Below the pieces are notes generated by a model. It searched no databases. It was given only the letters and a program-made list of their open reading frames with translations, and was not told the origin of the DNA. Positions 6,454 to 15,878 of a stretch of 26,413 nt of DNA are shown here, one piece after another. The number at the start of each line of letters is the position of its first letter. Position 1 is the stretch's first letter. The DNA lies in the IMG/VR virus record IMGVR_UViG_3300012200_000015, positions 1 through 26,413 of that record; one strand, 5' to 3'. A program made the translations under genes and the position numbers. This stretch comes from a virus (lineage: Duplodnaviria > Caudoviricetes).

Positions 6454-7898
6454 GATTCTCCCTCGGGGCGTGTTGGTTCAATGACAGCCAGGTCGTCCCA
6501 GCCAACCGGGCTAGCCGTGAACGTCACCATGCCGGGCGGGGAATCCATGCCGCGCCGCTCTGCGAACCATTGGCTCCCAGGGTCCATGGCGGGGACCTGC
6601 ACGTGCGTGCGTGGCCCCATCTGCTCTACCTTGAGGTGATGGTAGTGTCCCGTGACGAGCATTTGAGCGCCCGCGACGGGCTGTTCGCCTAATGTTTGTT
6701 CGGCCCACCATTTGAGCACGCCGGCCGGGCCGAACTGATGGCCATGCGCGAGGCCGATACCAAGCCCCGCGACATCTAGGGCGAATGTGGCGCGATCTTT
6801 CGGGAGCACGAATACGACATGCTCGAAAGCTTCCACTTGAGCGAGTGCGATCGCCGCTAGGCGGAATACTCCCGTGTCGGCATTGTCGCGTACGGCATGG
6901 GTGAATGCCTTACCGCCGGGGCCACGATTCTCGCCATGATTACCGGGCACGCTGGCCACCACGACGCGGTTGAAAAGCGGGGCCCACGTGCGGATGCATT
7001 CGATGATAAGATGTAACGCAACCTCGCGCTGTTCCTCCTCGGTCAAGTCGGTCATGAATGTCTGCGAGGGGTAGAACCCGCCGCACCGTTCGATCAGATC
7101 ACCTAGGCCGAGAATATAGAGGTCTCCTACGTCGCGGCCGATCTTGCGCAGCTCGGCGGTGCGCGCCACGACACCGCTGATGATCTGCCGCACGCGTTCG
7201 ATCGTAGTATCCGTGCCGCCATGCATGTCCACCTTGCCGATCTGCCAATCGGACAGAATAACCACCATGCCGAGATTGCCGCTCGGACGGTTCGGTTTCG
7301 GCTTTACGGCACGGATATGTCGGACGAGATCCTTCATCGCGGAATGCTCAATATCAGGTCGGCGCACGATCTTGCCACGATAGGCCTTGAGCCATGGTCC
7401 GCCATCGCGTTGCTGCCAGCGGCTGAAACTGAGCGCCCCTTCGATCATGAACAATTTCGGGTCGAAACCCCATTCCGTCAGGAGCGCGGCATGATCCGGC
7501 TCGCCTTCGGTCGCCGGCCGGGCCTCAGAGGTCCCCACACCCTCGCTGCCATCCCAGGCCACACCCGGGGCCCAGCCCTTAGGCGGGGCCGTTACGCGCT
7601 GCTTGAGGCCCGCATTGACGGGCTTAAGGTTCTCGGTTGGGCCTAGGATTCCCCCGGTTGTCACTTCGCGCACGCGCGCAACCTGTGAGAGCAGACTGGG
7701 CGGGTCGGACATAGCGACACGCTCGGCCAGGAGGCGACGCAGATTGTCGAGCTGGTCAAGACGGAAGCCCGTGAGACCTTCCCCGGCTCGCCAGCGGTCC
7801 ACCGTCCGGGCGTTCACATCAAACAACACGCCAAGCTCGATACGGGTCAACCCGGAGGCGGCGAGAACCTCACGTGCGAACGACTTGCTAATAAACAT
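6450..7898 (-). CDS. Calcineurin-like (Mre11-type) metallophosphoesterase with an N-terminal Cro/C1-like HTH
   Basis: SDWQIGK, GLGDLIE, PGNHGE, AHGHQ, GHYHH; N-terminal GLTRIELGVLFDVNARTVDRWRAG. Confidence 0.85.
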   Translation of the reverse strand: MFISKSFAREVLAASGLTRIELGVLFDVNARTVDRWRAGEGLTGFRLDQLDNLRRLLAERVAMSDPPSLLSQVARVREVTTGGILGPTENLKPVNAGLKQRVTAPPKGWAPGVAWDGSEGVGTSEARPATEGEPDHAALLTEWGFDPKLFMIEGALSFSRWQQRDGGPWLKAYRGKIVRRPDIEHSAMKDLVRHIRAVKPKPNRPSGNLGMVVILSDWQIGKVDMHGGTDTTIERVRQIISGVVARTAELRKIGRDVGDLYILGLGDLIERCGGFYPSQTFMTDLTEEEQREVALHLIIECIRTWAPLFNRVVVASVPGNHGENRGPGGKAFTHAVRDNADTGVFRLAAIALAQVEAFEHVVFVLPKDRATFALDVAGLGIGLAHGHQFGPAGVLKWWAEQTLGEQPVAGAQMLVTGHYHHLKVEQMGPRTHVQVPAMDPGSQWFAERRGMDSPPGMVTFTASPVGWDDLAVIEPTRPEGES

Positions 7899-8130
7899 GC
7901 TGCCCCCTGTGAGTAACGCCATGAATGCCATTTAGAGCAAGATGAAACGGGTCCAGCCTGACGGGTAGCCACCCCATGAGATGGGCCGTCAGAATGCCCC
8001 ACAGGGCCGACAATAGGGCCGGATGGGAATGCTCACACCGCGCGAACGCCTCAGAGAGCGTCTCGGGCGCTAAGGCGTCCCACAGGATGACGAATACCGC
8101 AATAAGCGCCCAACCGCGACGGCCTGTCAC
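7888..8130 (-). CDS. Small two-TM membrane protein of a common actinophage family
   Basis: GWALIAVFVILWD...ETLSE...TAHL...DPF pattern. Confidence 0.7.
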   Translation of the reverse strand: MTGRRGWALIAVFVILWDALAPETLSEAFARCEHSHPALLSALWGILTAHLMGWLPVRLDPFHLALNGIHGVTHRGQHVY

Positions 8131-8534
8131 GGGGTGTGGCCCAGGTCGTCCAGGTCGGTATCGTCCATGAGGTCGTCATCGATCGGCCAGAATGGCACGG
8201 GTGCCTGGTTACTCATTCGCGCCTCTAGGGCGGCCTGACGATGTGCTAGCTGAACCTGCCGCGCACTCAAGCGTGACACGATCCGCGCAAGCCGCACCTG
8301 CGATTTGACGTGCTGGTCGAACTCGGCCCGGAAAAGCCCTTGCGCCACCTCGATACGCGACACTCCCGCGCGGACCTCTTTCAGGTCCCCGCGCTGCTCC
8401 TTGCGGAAGCGCCCCGGCGCGGCAAGGAAGTAGGTCAGGCCAACGCCCAGCGCGGAACCAATGGCGAGCGTGACGATTGACCATAGGCCGGTCGCGGTGG
8501 TCGATTCGGTTAGGTGTCCGACTGTTTGGATCAT
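8127..8534 (-). CDS. Membrane protein (TM helix plus coiled coil), possible lysis accessory
   Basis: ATG 8534 overlaps the upstream stop; one TM helix, then a heptad region. Confidence 0.65.
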   Translation of the reverse strand: MIQTVGHLTESTTATGLWSIVTLAIGSALGVGLTYFLAAPGRFRKEQRGDLKEVRAGVSRIEVAQGLFRAEFDQHVKSQVRLARIVSRLSARQVQLAHRQAALEARMSNQAPVPFWPIDDDLMDDTDLDDLGHTP

Positions 8535-9016
8535 GAGAGGGTTTCGAATGAAATACCGTCCAGGGAAATATGGGCCCCATTGGGGACGCCGGTATCTTGC
8601 GCGCCGGTTGCGCCAAATGACCCGGTCATAAATGCGCCGATTCTTAATGATCCGTCGGCCGCAAAAATATCCAGGCGGCAAGGTCCGTTACCACCTGGAG
8701 TGTTATTAACGCCACACGTGGCGGGATGGATACGTTGAACCAACGGCCGAAACCCAACGGGAAGTGTCGCGAAGATAACATTGATCCCCTGTAATGCCCC
8801 AGTGGTATTTTTTACAAGCCCACGTAGATAAACACGCCCAAAGCAATCCATCCAATAGGCAGGTACACCGAACGCGCCACCATAGGGGACCCAATTGGCG
8901 GTTAAGGGCAGATTGGCCCAAACCGGCAAGGCGAGATTGCCCGCCACTTGGTTGCCCCATCCTGCCGAGATAGGGTCGGCTACAGCCGGGGCTGCGATAA
9001 CATTTTGCGTTGTCAT
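8531..9016 (-). CDS. Minor tail / receptor-binding-type protein
   Basis: W..LPL..NW..Y...GRVYLRGLV...IFATLPVGFRP...ISLDGISF, a typical tail-fibre beta domain; position after the tail tip gene. Confidence 0.75.
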   Translation of the reverse strand: MTTQNVIAAPAVADPISAGWGNQVAGNLALPVWANLPLTANWVPYGGAFGVPAYWMDCFGRVYLRGLVKNTTGALQGINVIFATLPVGFRPLVQRIHPATCGVNNTPGGNGPCRLDIFAADGSLRIGAFMTGSFGATGAQDTGVPNGAHISLDGISFETLS

Positions 9017-9023
9017 GTCTCTC

Positions 9024-11333
9024 TCACAATCCCCATGTCATATTGGGTGCCAGGGTAATTACCGCACCGGCCGTCTGTGCCGCTGCGAATGTGCCATCTT
9101 GGCCACGGGTTATCGTCAGTGTTTGCGGTGTCGTTGGACCGGATACTGCCGTCACTGTCATGATTTCCGCACCCACCTTGATCTTGAATGGAATACTCCC
9201 GCCGGCCACCGTGAATGCCGGGTGCCCCACAAGGGTGGCCGCCACAAGAGATGCCGCCGATGCTGTGATATTCGCATTCAGGGTAATTGAATTCAGATCA
9301 GGAGTCCAGCGCGTTTGCACATTCGTATCTGACCATATCCCAAACTCTGGCACGCCTGCCGATGAAGTATCGAACGTGATATACCAATCGTTCGTATTCA
9401 TCACCTCGGTCCAGCCTTCAATGAATACATCGAATTGCTTTACCGGTAGAACGAATTTATCCGATGTGCATATCACTCGCATTCGTGAACCTAATGGTAG
9501 CATGCCATATCCAATAATTACGGCGATTGAGGCGTTGAGATTGGCTGTTTGCGAATTCAGAAAACTAACGCGCAATTGCGGCACGCGGTATTCTGAGCGC
9601 CCGGAGTGGATGCGGTATTGGGCTAAATTGAGTGGCGCAATAGGGTCGTTCCCTCGGACTGGATAAAGAAACGTGTATTGCCGACTGGCAATATACGTTG
9701 ACGCACTATCGGGATTCGGCAAGGTGGGATCACCGGCAACGTAAATACCAGTGGCGCCGCCAAGCCCTGTATTGGTTACCACGCTCCCCCCGGGCGGAGA
9801 GGCGTCCAGCGCAGGGGCGAAGGTATCGCCCATGATATCACCATCGGCGTCTATTGTGATATCAATCTTTAGGCGCCTGCGGAATAGAGCATCCGTGTAA
9901 AGGAAATTACCCCCCCCATTAAGGGCGCGAATCGATGCCCCCCCGCCGACTGTATCAAGGATATTCTGTATGGCGCTCAAAGCGCTAAGTCCCTTAAATG
10001 GAATCGTGCCTATATTGATCGCCACGGACGATACAATTGATACCGTATTACGTCCGAATACGTACCGGATGATATTTCCGATAGTTCGGTGCGCAGTTGG
10101 AAATGTATAAATACTGGACAGCATAAGGGAGCGGTAGCGCTCGATGCGCTGATCTGATAACGGGGGAGCGTAAAGAGAACCGCGCAATTGCCCGGCGGCC
10201 AAAAAGCGGCACACATTACCAGCAACAGAATTAGCGGATGCAAACATGCGCCACGGTCCACTAAAGGCCAATAGGCCATTGTAAAGATTGTTTTGCACGA
10301 TACCGATAATCTGTTCAGCATCAATTGATAAATTGAGCTTAAGGACTCCGGCGACGTTAGTAATGAATACCGATATCTGATGTAGCATATTATCCGCGAC
10401 AACATTTGAGGTCGTGATGGTATTAAGCGTCACGTTGGCGGAATCGTATTGCCGTAAAGTCCAAGACATTATTCCCGGACTTGTGACATTGCATGTCACG
10501 CCCCATCCAGCACCGCCGCCAATGAGTGACCAGTCCTGCACTTTCCAGAAATATTTCGCGCCAATGGTGGTGAAATCATCACATGACGCAAATATCTCCC
10601 ATGGAAATGATCCCCCCGCAAGCGGGGCACCCAGGGTGAGCCCGGCCGTCTCGGTAGCACTAGGGGTGCACTGAACACAGGTAATACTTCCAGGGTCCAT
10701 GAGGGTGCCATCCACCCCTAGCCCCTTACTGGGAGTAGGGAGTGGTTGTCCCCAGAGGACGGTTGCCGTGGTGGTTGCTATGGGACTAAGTGATGCACCA
10801 AAGGTAGGCGTGGCACGGAGACCTCCGATGGCATCGACACCACTAGTGGCCGTGCTGGACTCCTGGAGCCCAAAGAACACGGTCGGCAATGCCGCCAGGC
10901 ATTCCTCAACAATGGGCGCCTGTAAGATCTTACGTTGCAGGCGGGCAAGATCATCGGCAGCCGTAACGGTGACGGTCTGACTAACCGCATCCGGTGTCCA
11001 GGAGGTCACTGAACCATCCATGCGTAATTGCTGTACGCCTAGTTCGTCGGTCCATAGGTAGCGCACGCGCAGGCCGATAAAGGTACTCGGATAGTAGGGT
11101 GCAGGGGTGACGAGATCCTTGAGGATCTGACGGCCCGGGATGAACCGGCAATCATTGTTGTCAAGCGTGAAGGTTATTTGCCCCGCCTGGAGCGAGGCAA
11201 ACTCCGACGTGCGCCCCATCTTGAAAGTGAGCCCGGCCGAGCGGAGCCAATAGGCCGACATGTCAACCCAGGTCCCACCACTATCGAACGACATTTGAAT
11301 CACGGGTGCCGCCTGCGCAAAAGTGCGGGCCAT
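9024..11333 (-). CDS. Large minor tail (tail tip/hub) protein, possible central LamG/ConA-like domain
   Basis: Follows TMP; GR..E...AG...FTLDNND.RF.P N-terminus; C-terminal GAEIMTVTAVSG...LTITRG.DGT module. Confidence 0.8.
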   Translation of the reverse strand: MARTFAQAAPVIQMSFDSGGTWVDMSAYWLRSAGLTFKMGRTSEFASLQAGQITFTLDNNDCRFIPGRQILKDLVTPAPYYPSTFIGLRVRYLWTDELGVQQLRMDGSVTSWTPDAVSQTVTVTAADDLARLQRKILQAPIVEECLAALPTVFFGLQESSTATSGVDAIGGLRATPTFGASLSPIATTTATVLWGQPLPTPSKGLGVDGTLMDPGSITCVQCTPSATETAGLTLGAPLAGGSFPWEIFASCDDFTTIGAKYFWKVQDWSLIGGGAGWGVTCNVTSPGIMSWTLRQYDSANVTLNTITTSNVVADNMLHQISVFITNVAGVLKLNLSIDAEQIIGIVQNNLYNGLLAFSGPWRMFASANSVAGNVCRFLAAGQLRGSLYAPPLSDQRIERYRSLMLSSIYTFPTAHRTIGNIIRYVFGRNTVSIVSSVAINIGTIPFKGLSALSAIQNILDTVGGGASIRALNGGGNFLYTDALFRRRLKIDITIDADGDIMGDTFAPALDASPPGGSVVTNTGLGGATGIYVAGDPTLPNPDSASTYIASRQYTFLYPVRGNDPIAPLNLAQYRIHSGRSEYRVPQLRVSFLNSQTANLNASIAVIIGYGMLPLGSRMRVICTSDKFVLPVKQFDVFIEGWTEVMNTNDWYITFDTSSAGVPEFGIWSDTNVQTRWTPDLNSITLNANITASAASLVAATLVGHPAFTVAGGSIPFKIKVGAEIMTVTAVSGPTTPQTLTITRGQDGTFAAAQTAGAVITLAPNMTWGL

Positions 11334-13486
11334 TACGCGAGCCCCAATGCCGTTCCGCGACCTTTAGCGCGTTGCAATCCTTCGAGAACAGTACGAGCGA
11401 GGTCGTCAACTGACCCATACACATGTCCCGTGATCTGCACGATTACACTCGTGCCACCGCCCCCCATGGCCCCTAGGGCCTTCAGGTCGGACGACAGAGG
11501 CACAATGGCCTCGTCCTGCCCGCCCTCCCCCGCAATAAGGGCCGTACCGCCGGGCGAGGCCCTCACGATGCCACCTGTAGCAAGAGTGGGCAGCGCGGGG
11601 AGACCGAACGTCTTCCCTCCGATACCTGGAATGATTGACGGGACGGTAAAGGAAAACTTCTTGGCGGCCGTATTCCACAACCCCGCCAAGGTATTCCAAA
11701 TCGCCTTAAAACCATTAGGGATCGAGGTGATGGCATTAGAGACGGCATCAAAGGCACTCTTGAAACCGTTAACAAGTGGTTGGCCGACTGAATTCCAGGC
11801 AGCCTTAACGCCCGACCAGACCGCCGAAAAAGCCGTACCAATGCCGCTAAAAGCAGCGCCTATGCCACGCGCGGCTATACCGATGGCCGAGCCGACGATA
11901 TCAAAAACGGGTTTACCAACCGTATTCCATGCCGCCTGGAGGAAACCCCAAATCTCATGCCAATGTTGAATGATAAGCGAGAATCCACCCGTTAGGACGG
12001 CGAAGATCAAACCCCAATGGTCGCCGATGAAGCTAAAGAGCGGTTTACCAACAGAATTCCATGCCGCTTGCATGAAATTCCAGACATCTCCCCAGGCCTT
12101 CGAGAGCGCGTCGAAGATGGGCTTGATGCCATCATTCCAGAGCGCCTTGCCGAAGCCGACGATTTGTGCGAATCCTTCGCGTACGAGGTCGCGGAACCAT
12201 CCCACCTTGTTGTAGGCGATGATAACGCCCGCCACGAGGGCCGCGATGGCGATACCAACCAAAACTAGCGGGTTGGCATCCATGACGAGGTTAAAGGCGG
12301 CCTGCACGCCAGTCCAAGCCATCGTGGCGGCACTGGCGATACCCGTGGCAACGGTATGGGCCCCGGTGGCGATCGTGGAAGCAATTTGTTGTTCCTTGAA
12401 AAAGGTGACCGTCTTACTTGCCGCACCCACAAGGCCGCCCATGACGGTGATGCCCGCACCTGTGGCCGTGATGGCCGGGCCGTACTTAGCGCCATATTCT
12501 TCGACGTGATTCATCAACTCAGTGCGCATCGCCTTGAGACGGCCCGTAAAAGTATCAGAAGCCGCAGTGGCCTGACCTTTGATCTTGCTGCCTAGATCCT
12601 CCAACGCCTTGCCGGAAGCCTCGGAGGCGGATTTGACACCGGCTTGCGCGGTTGCCAGCGTTGCGGCAGTGGAGCCAACCTTATCCTGTGCCGTCGCGAC
12701 GGCCTCATGGGCATGTTGCAATGCTTGCTGTTGTGCTATAGAGAGCGGCTTATTGCCTGCATCGCGAGCTTCTAGCTCGGTTAGATTTTGATTAGCTTTA
12801 GCAAGGCTATCCACGGCCGTTTCGTGCGCTTTTTGTGCACCCGCCAGGGCGACCGTGGATGCCTTAGCATTATCCATAGTGATGCCATAGGTAGCAAGGA
12901 TCTTAGTCCCCTTGCCCGCCACAATTTTAGCCATCTGGTCGGCGGCGGTCGTGAGAGATTCATGTTTTGATGCGGCCAAATCGGCGGCCTCACCCAATAG
13001 GTCAAGCGATTTCTTTGGATCACCGGTTGCGTCATTGATTTTCATTAACGCCGTTTTGACCTCGGGGGCCGAGTCGCCAAATTTTGCGAGATGTTTGACG
13101 TTCTTTTCGATCTCCTCGCCGAAATCGTCAATCGAATGACCGCTATTTTCGAATGATTGGGCGAGCTGCTGGTCGGCGGCCTTACCCTTGTCGCCCATGG
13201 CAACGAGCGCGGCACCTATTCCGGCCGTGGCAACTCCCGTTGCGGCCAGCTTGGCCCCCATGCTTTTGCCGTGCTCGGCCACGCCCTCTAGGGCACTTCC
13301 GGCGCGTTCGGCAAGTTCCCCCAGCTCTCCGCCTAGGACATTTTTGGCCGCGCTCGCCAGGGCGCCAAAGGCCGCCGCGATGCGCTTACTGGCCCCTTCG
13401 CTACCCGTGGCGGACGATTGGGCGGCCGAGGTGAGGTTATCGGTCCCGATGATGTTGATAGGAATATCCCTACCGTTTCCGCTCAC
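11333..13486 (-). CDS. Tape measure protein
   Basis: 717 aa, Ala/Gly-rich helical; ANP...IAALVAG..IAY..V.WFR motif; AAWN(S/T)VG(K/Q)P repeated three times. Confidence 0.92.
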   Translation of the reverse strand: MSGNGRDIPINIIGTDNLTSAAQSSATGSEGASKRIAAAFGALASAAKNVLGGELGELAERAGSALEGVAEHGKSMGAKLAATGVATAGIGAALVAMGDKGKAADQQLAQSFENSGHSIDDFGEEIEKNVKHLAKFGDSAPEVKTALMKINDATGDPKKSLDLLGEAADLAASKHESLTTAADQMAKIVAGKGTKILATYGITMDNAKASTVALAGAQKAHETAVDSLAKANQNLTELEARDAGNKPLSIAQQQALQHAHEAVATAQDKVGSTAATLATAQAGVKSASEASGKALEDLGSKIKGQATAASDTFTGRLKAMRTELMNHVEEYGAKYGPAITATGAGITVMGGLVGAASKTVTFFKEQQIASTIATGAHTVATGIASAATMAWTGVQAAFNLVMDANPLVLVGIAIAALVAGVIIAYNKVGWFRDLVREGFAQIVGFGKALWNDGIKPIFDALSKAWGDVWNFMQAAWNSVGKPLFSFIGDHWGLIFAVLTGGFSLIIQHWHEIWGFLQAAWNTVGKPVFDIVGSAIGIAARGIGAAFSGIGTAFSAVWSGVKAAWNSVGQPLVNGFKSAFDAVSNAITSIPNGFKAIWNTLAGLWNTAAKKFSFTVPSIIPGIGGKTFGLPALPTLATGGIVRASPGGTALIAGEGGQDEAIVPLSSDLKALGAMGGGGTSVIVQITGHVYGSVDDLARTVLEGLQRAKGRGTALGLA

Positions 13487-13517
13487 CCGTCCTCATCTCC
13501 CGGCCACTCGGGCCGCA

Positions 13518-14008
13518 TTAAGCCCGCTCGGCGGCGGCCTCTGTTGCATCTATCGTCCCACAAAGATTGTCAAAATCCTTGAGGGTTAATCTGTCTACGT
13601 CGCGCGGGGTGAGACCGAAATAATGGCACAATCGCCCCAGGTAGACATCCCGCTCATAGGCATAATCTATGCGTCGGAGTCTCCACCCTGACTCTCGGAG
13701 TCCTCCGATGGTGGATCTAAAGGGGGCGGCGTCGCCTCTTCCTTGACGGGCTCCACATCTAGATCGAAGATCCGGAAGTTGATCGTGGCGATATCTTGCT
13801 TATTGCCATCCTTGAATCGCAGAAACCAGATCAGGGCTTGTAGCGCCGCTGGATCAAGCTCCATGGCACCATCTAGCAGTTGTTGCGGTGTGAGGCGGGC
13901 TGTGCTCTTGAGCGCGAACGCATCCAAGAGATCTAGCTCTGAGAGCCGGAAGATCCATTGCTCATCACCTAGGGTGACTCGCATGTCTTTCATGATGGGT
14001 TTTGCCAT
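13518..14008 (-). CDS. Tail assembly chaperone, long (gpGT-like) form via -1 frameshift, about 163 aa
   Basis: In-frame slippery heptamer C CCT TTA at 13724-13718; -1 frame open to TAA at 13520-13518, encoding LCHYFGLTPRDVDRLTLKDF. Confidence 0.8.
13667..14008 (-). CDS. Tail assembly chaperone, short (gpG-like) form
   Basis: GGAG RBS, 113 aa, acidic tail, upstream of TMP. Confidence 0.85.
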   Translation of the reverse strand: MAKPIMKDMRVTLGDEQWIFRLSELDLLDAFALKSTARLTPQQLLDGAMELDPAALQALIWFLRFKDGNKQDIATINFRIFDLDVEPVKEEATPPPLDPPSEDSESQGGDSDA

Positions 14009-14022
14009 TTCATTTTCTCCCG

Positions 14023-14472
14023 TTAGAGGTGGACATCCTTGGCGGCTTGGTCTATTGCGTCAAGGACTTTCTTGGCGGTCGGTTCGGTGGACGCCAGAAC
14101 GGCCGGGGCGATGAACGGATGTGCATCCTGTTCGACGATACGATCACGGTAGCCATAAACTGGCCGCCTAAACCGTCCTGGGCGCCCCTGATTTTCCAAA
14201 GGGGCCGCCTCGGGGGCCTTGGCGCCGTCCACCGTGACCGTGGTGCGGATATCTTTACCTGCAATAACGATGGAAGATACCGAAACCGCATTGGGAATAC
14301 GAGAGGACCAAGAGGCATTACTTCGGATACGTCCAGCCAAATCTACGCCAGCCTCAGCCAATGCGCGCCGAACGCGAGCCTGCATCCTGACGGGTAGGGC
14401 ACGTAGGTCTCGCGCCAATATCCCCATCGCGGCAGGATCGACCTTAACCCCCAGGCCCCCTCGTGTGGCCAT
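14023..14472 (-). CDS. HK97 gp10-like tail completion/neck protein
   Basis: Basic 149 aa; FRRPVYG...Q.AHPFIAPA motif. Confidence 0.7.
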   Translation of the reverse strand: MATRGGLGVKVDPAAMGILARDLRALPVRMQARVRRALAEAGVDLAGRIRSNASWSSRIPNAVSVSSIVIAGKDIRTTVTVDGAKAPEAAPLENQGRPGRFRRPVYGYRDRIVEQDAHPFIAPAVLASTEPTAKKVLDAIDQAAKDVHL

Positions 14473-15513
14473 TTAGACCGTGGTATCCGTGGATACGTAG
14501 ACGGCCTGGAGTGTGCCATTGGTGCCGTCGTCGAGCGCCGTGAAGGAATGCTTCGCGGTGTTGATACCCGGCCCTGATGTCTGCGGCGTGCCGCCGGATT
14601 CCAGCGCAATGGCCGGCATGGTGAGGGTGAGCTTCTGGAGGTTACCCGAGCCGATGTCAACACCAACAAAGGAGACCTGAAGGACGAGACTCGTGTCGGC
14701 CGCCATGGCGTCATATAGGGCGCGGGTGTTGAATTCGATGTCCACCTCGCCGGTGATTTTGCGCCAGCCATTTTCGAGCTGCTCGGCCTTGGTTGCCGCC
14801 CCGGCAAAGAACCGGTCCGTTGCAAGCGCATTGGCACCCTTGACATTGATCCCCGTCACAGTGGCCAGGGTGGTCGGCGCGGTGGGCGTCCAAATACCGG
14901 AGGCAACAGTCATCGCGGTAGCGGTCTTAATGGTGCCACCCGCGAAGGTGAACCCGGCCTGAGTGGCCGAATAGGCCGCCGCCTGGAGGGCAGCAACCCC
15001 GCCAAAGGCCGAGGTGTATTCCGTCCAGGAATCGATCGAAAGCTTCAGCTTAGCCAGGGCGCTCGGCTGGCAGGAGATCTCCCAGCTTGTCACCTTGCTA
15101 CCCGGGTAGGTGAATGGCTCTACCGTCCCGTCCGTGCGGGCGATGCCCTTTTGCATCGTGAAAGAATGCGCATCGACGAGCCCCATGTTGTGGATCTGTT
15201 GGTAGGCAGGCGTGACGCCAATCTGTGTCGGCGTGGCCGGGAATGATCCCAACATGTGGCGCAAGAGTAGGCCGAGCCCTGTGGTGGGTACGTCCATGCC
15301 GAAATCACCAGCCGCCTTGGTGGTGACGAGCTGACGGCGGGCGCGGCGGACAACAAAGCCACCCGCGCGGATGCCCATCCCCTGGGCGATGTTCTTATCA
15401 TGCGACATCGACTCGGTGTCAAATTCGAAGAATCGGACGACGGCGACGGGAGTGCCCACCGTGATCTCATCGGCAAAGCCGACCTGATTTGCAAGACCTG
15501 AACCTAGCGGCAT
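14473..15513 (-). CDS. Major tail (tube) protein
   Basis: 346 aa, Thr/Ala/Gly-rich; GSGL..Q.GFA.E...GT, SFT.QKG, FTY.G.KV..WE motifs. Confidence 0.85.
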   Translation of the reverse strand: MPLGSGLANQVGFADEITVGTPVAVVRFFEFDTESMSHDKNIAQGMGIRAGGFVVRRARRQLVTTKAAGDFGMDVPTTGLGLLLRHMLGSFPATPTQIGVTPAYQQIHNMGLVDAHSFTMQKGIARTDGTVEPFTYPGSKVTSWEISCQPSALAKLKLSIDSWTEYTSAFGGVAALQAAAYSATQAGFTFAGGTIKTATAMTVASGIWTPTAPTTLATVTGINVKGANALATDRFFAGAATKAEQLENGWRKITGEVDIEFNTRALYDAMAADTSLVLQVSFVGVDIGSGNLQKLTLTMPAIALESGGTPQTSGPGINTAKHSFTALDDGTNGTLQAVYVSTDTTV

Positions 15514-15515
15514 GT

Positions 15516-15860
15516 CTACTTACCTTCCTTTGGGGCTGTGATCGGCGCATTAGCTGGCTTGACCGGCGGTCCGGCGGGCGTGGATGCTGGCAATAGGCTG
15601 GCGGTAACCGTTTCGGCCGCCAGGGGCGGCGCGAAGGCCTCTTTGGCGACCTTGGCGACAAGCGCCTTTGCTTCTGGGTCAACGGGGGTCCAGGAAGTAA
15701 CATCGGGACTTGCGAGGCTCTGTAGATGCTGTTGTGCGAATGATCGGGCATCCGAGGGGGCGCTAACCGCAAGAACCTCCCCCGCCTCCACTGCGCGCAC
15801 CGCGCCGGATGCTAGGCGAATGACAATTTCGCCCACTCCGTGATCGTTACGAAACTCCAT
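15516..15860 (-). CDS. Hypothetical virion-associated protein with a Pro/Ala-rich tail
   Basis: AAAGGA RBS; lies between head-tail and tube genes. Confidence 0.65.
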   Translation of the reverse strand: MEFRNDHGVGEIVIRLASGAVRAVEAGEVLAVSAPSDARSFAQQHLQSLASPDVTSWTPVDPEAKALVAKVAKEAFAPPLAAETVTASLLPASTPAGPPVKPANAPITAPKEGK

Positions 15861-15878
15861 GATGTTTATCCTTTCGCC

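Noticed and set aside
8531-9016. Diversity-generating retroelement target
   Set aside because: No reverse transcriptase and no adenine-variant template repeat seen in the window.
11700-12140. Repeats in the tape measure gene as a separate element
   Set aside because: Ordinary Trp/Phe-periodic tape-measure protein repeats.
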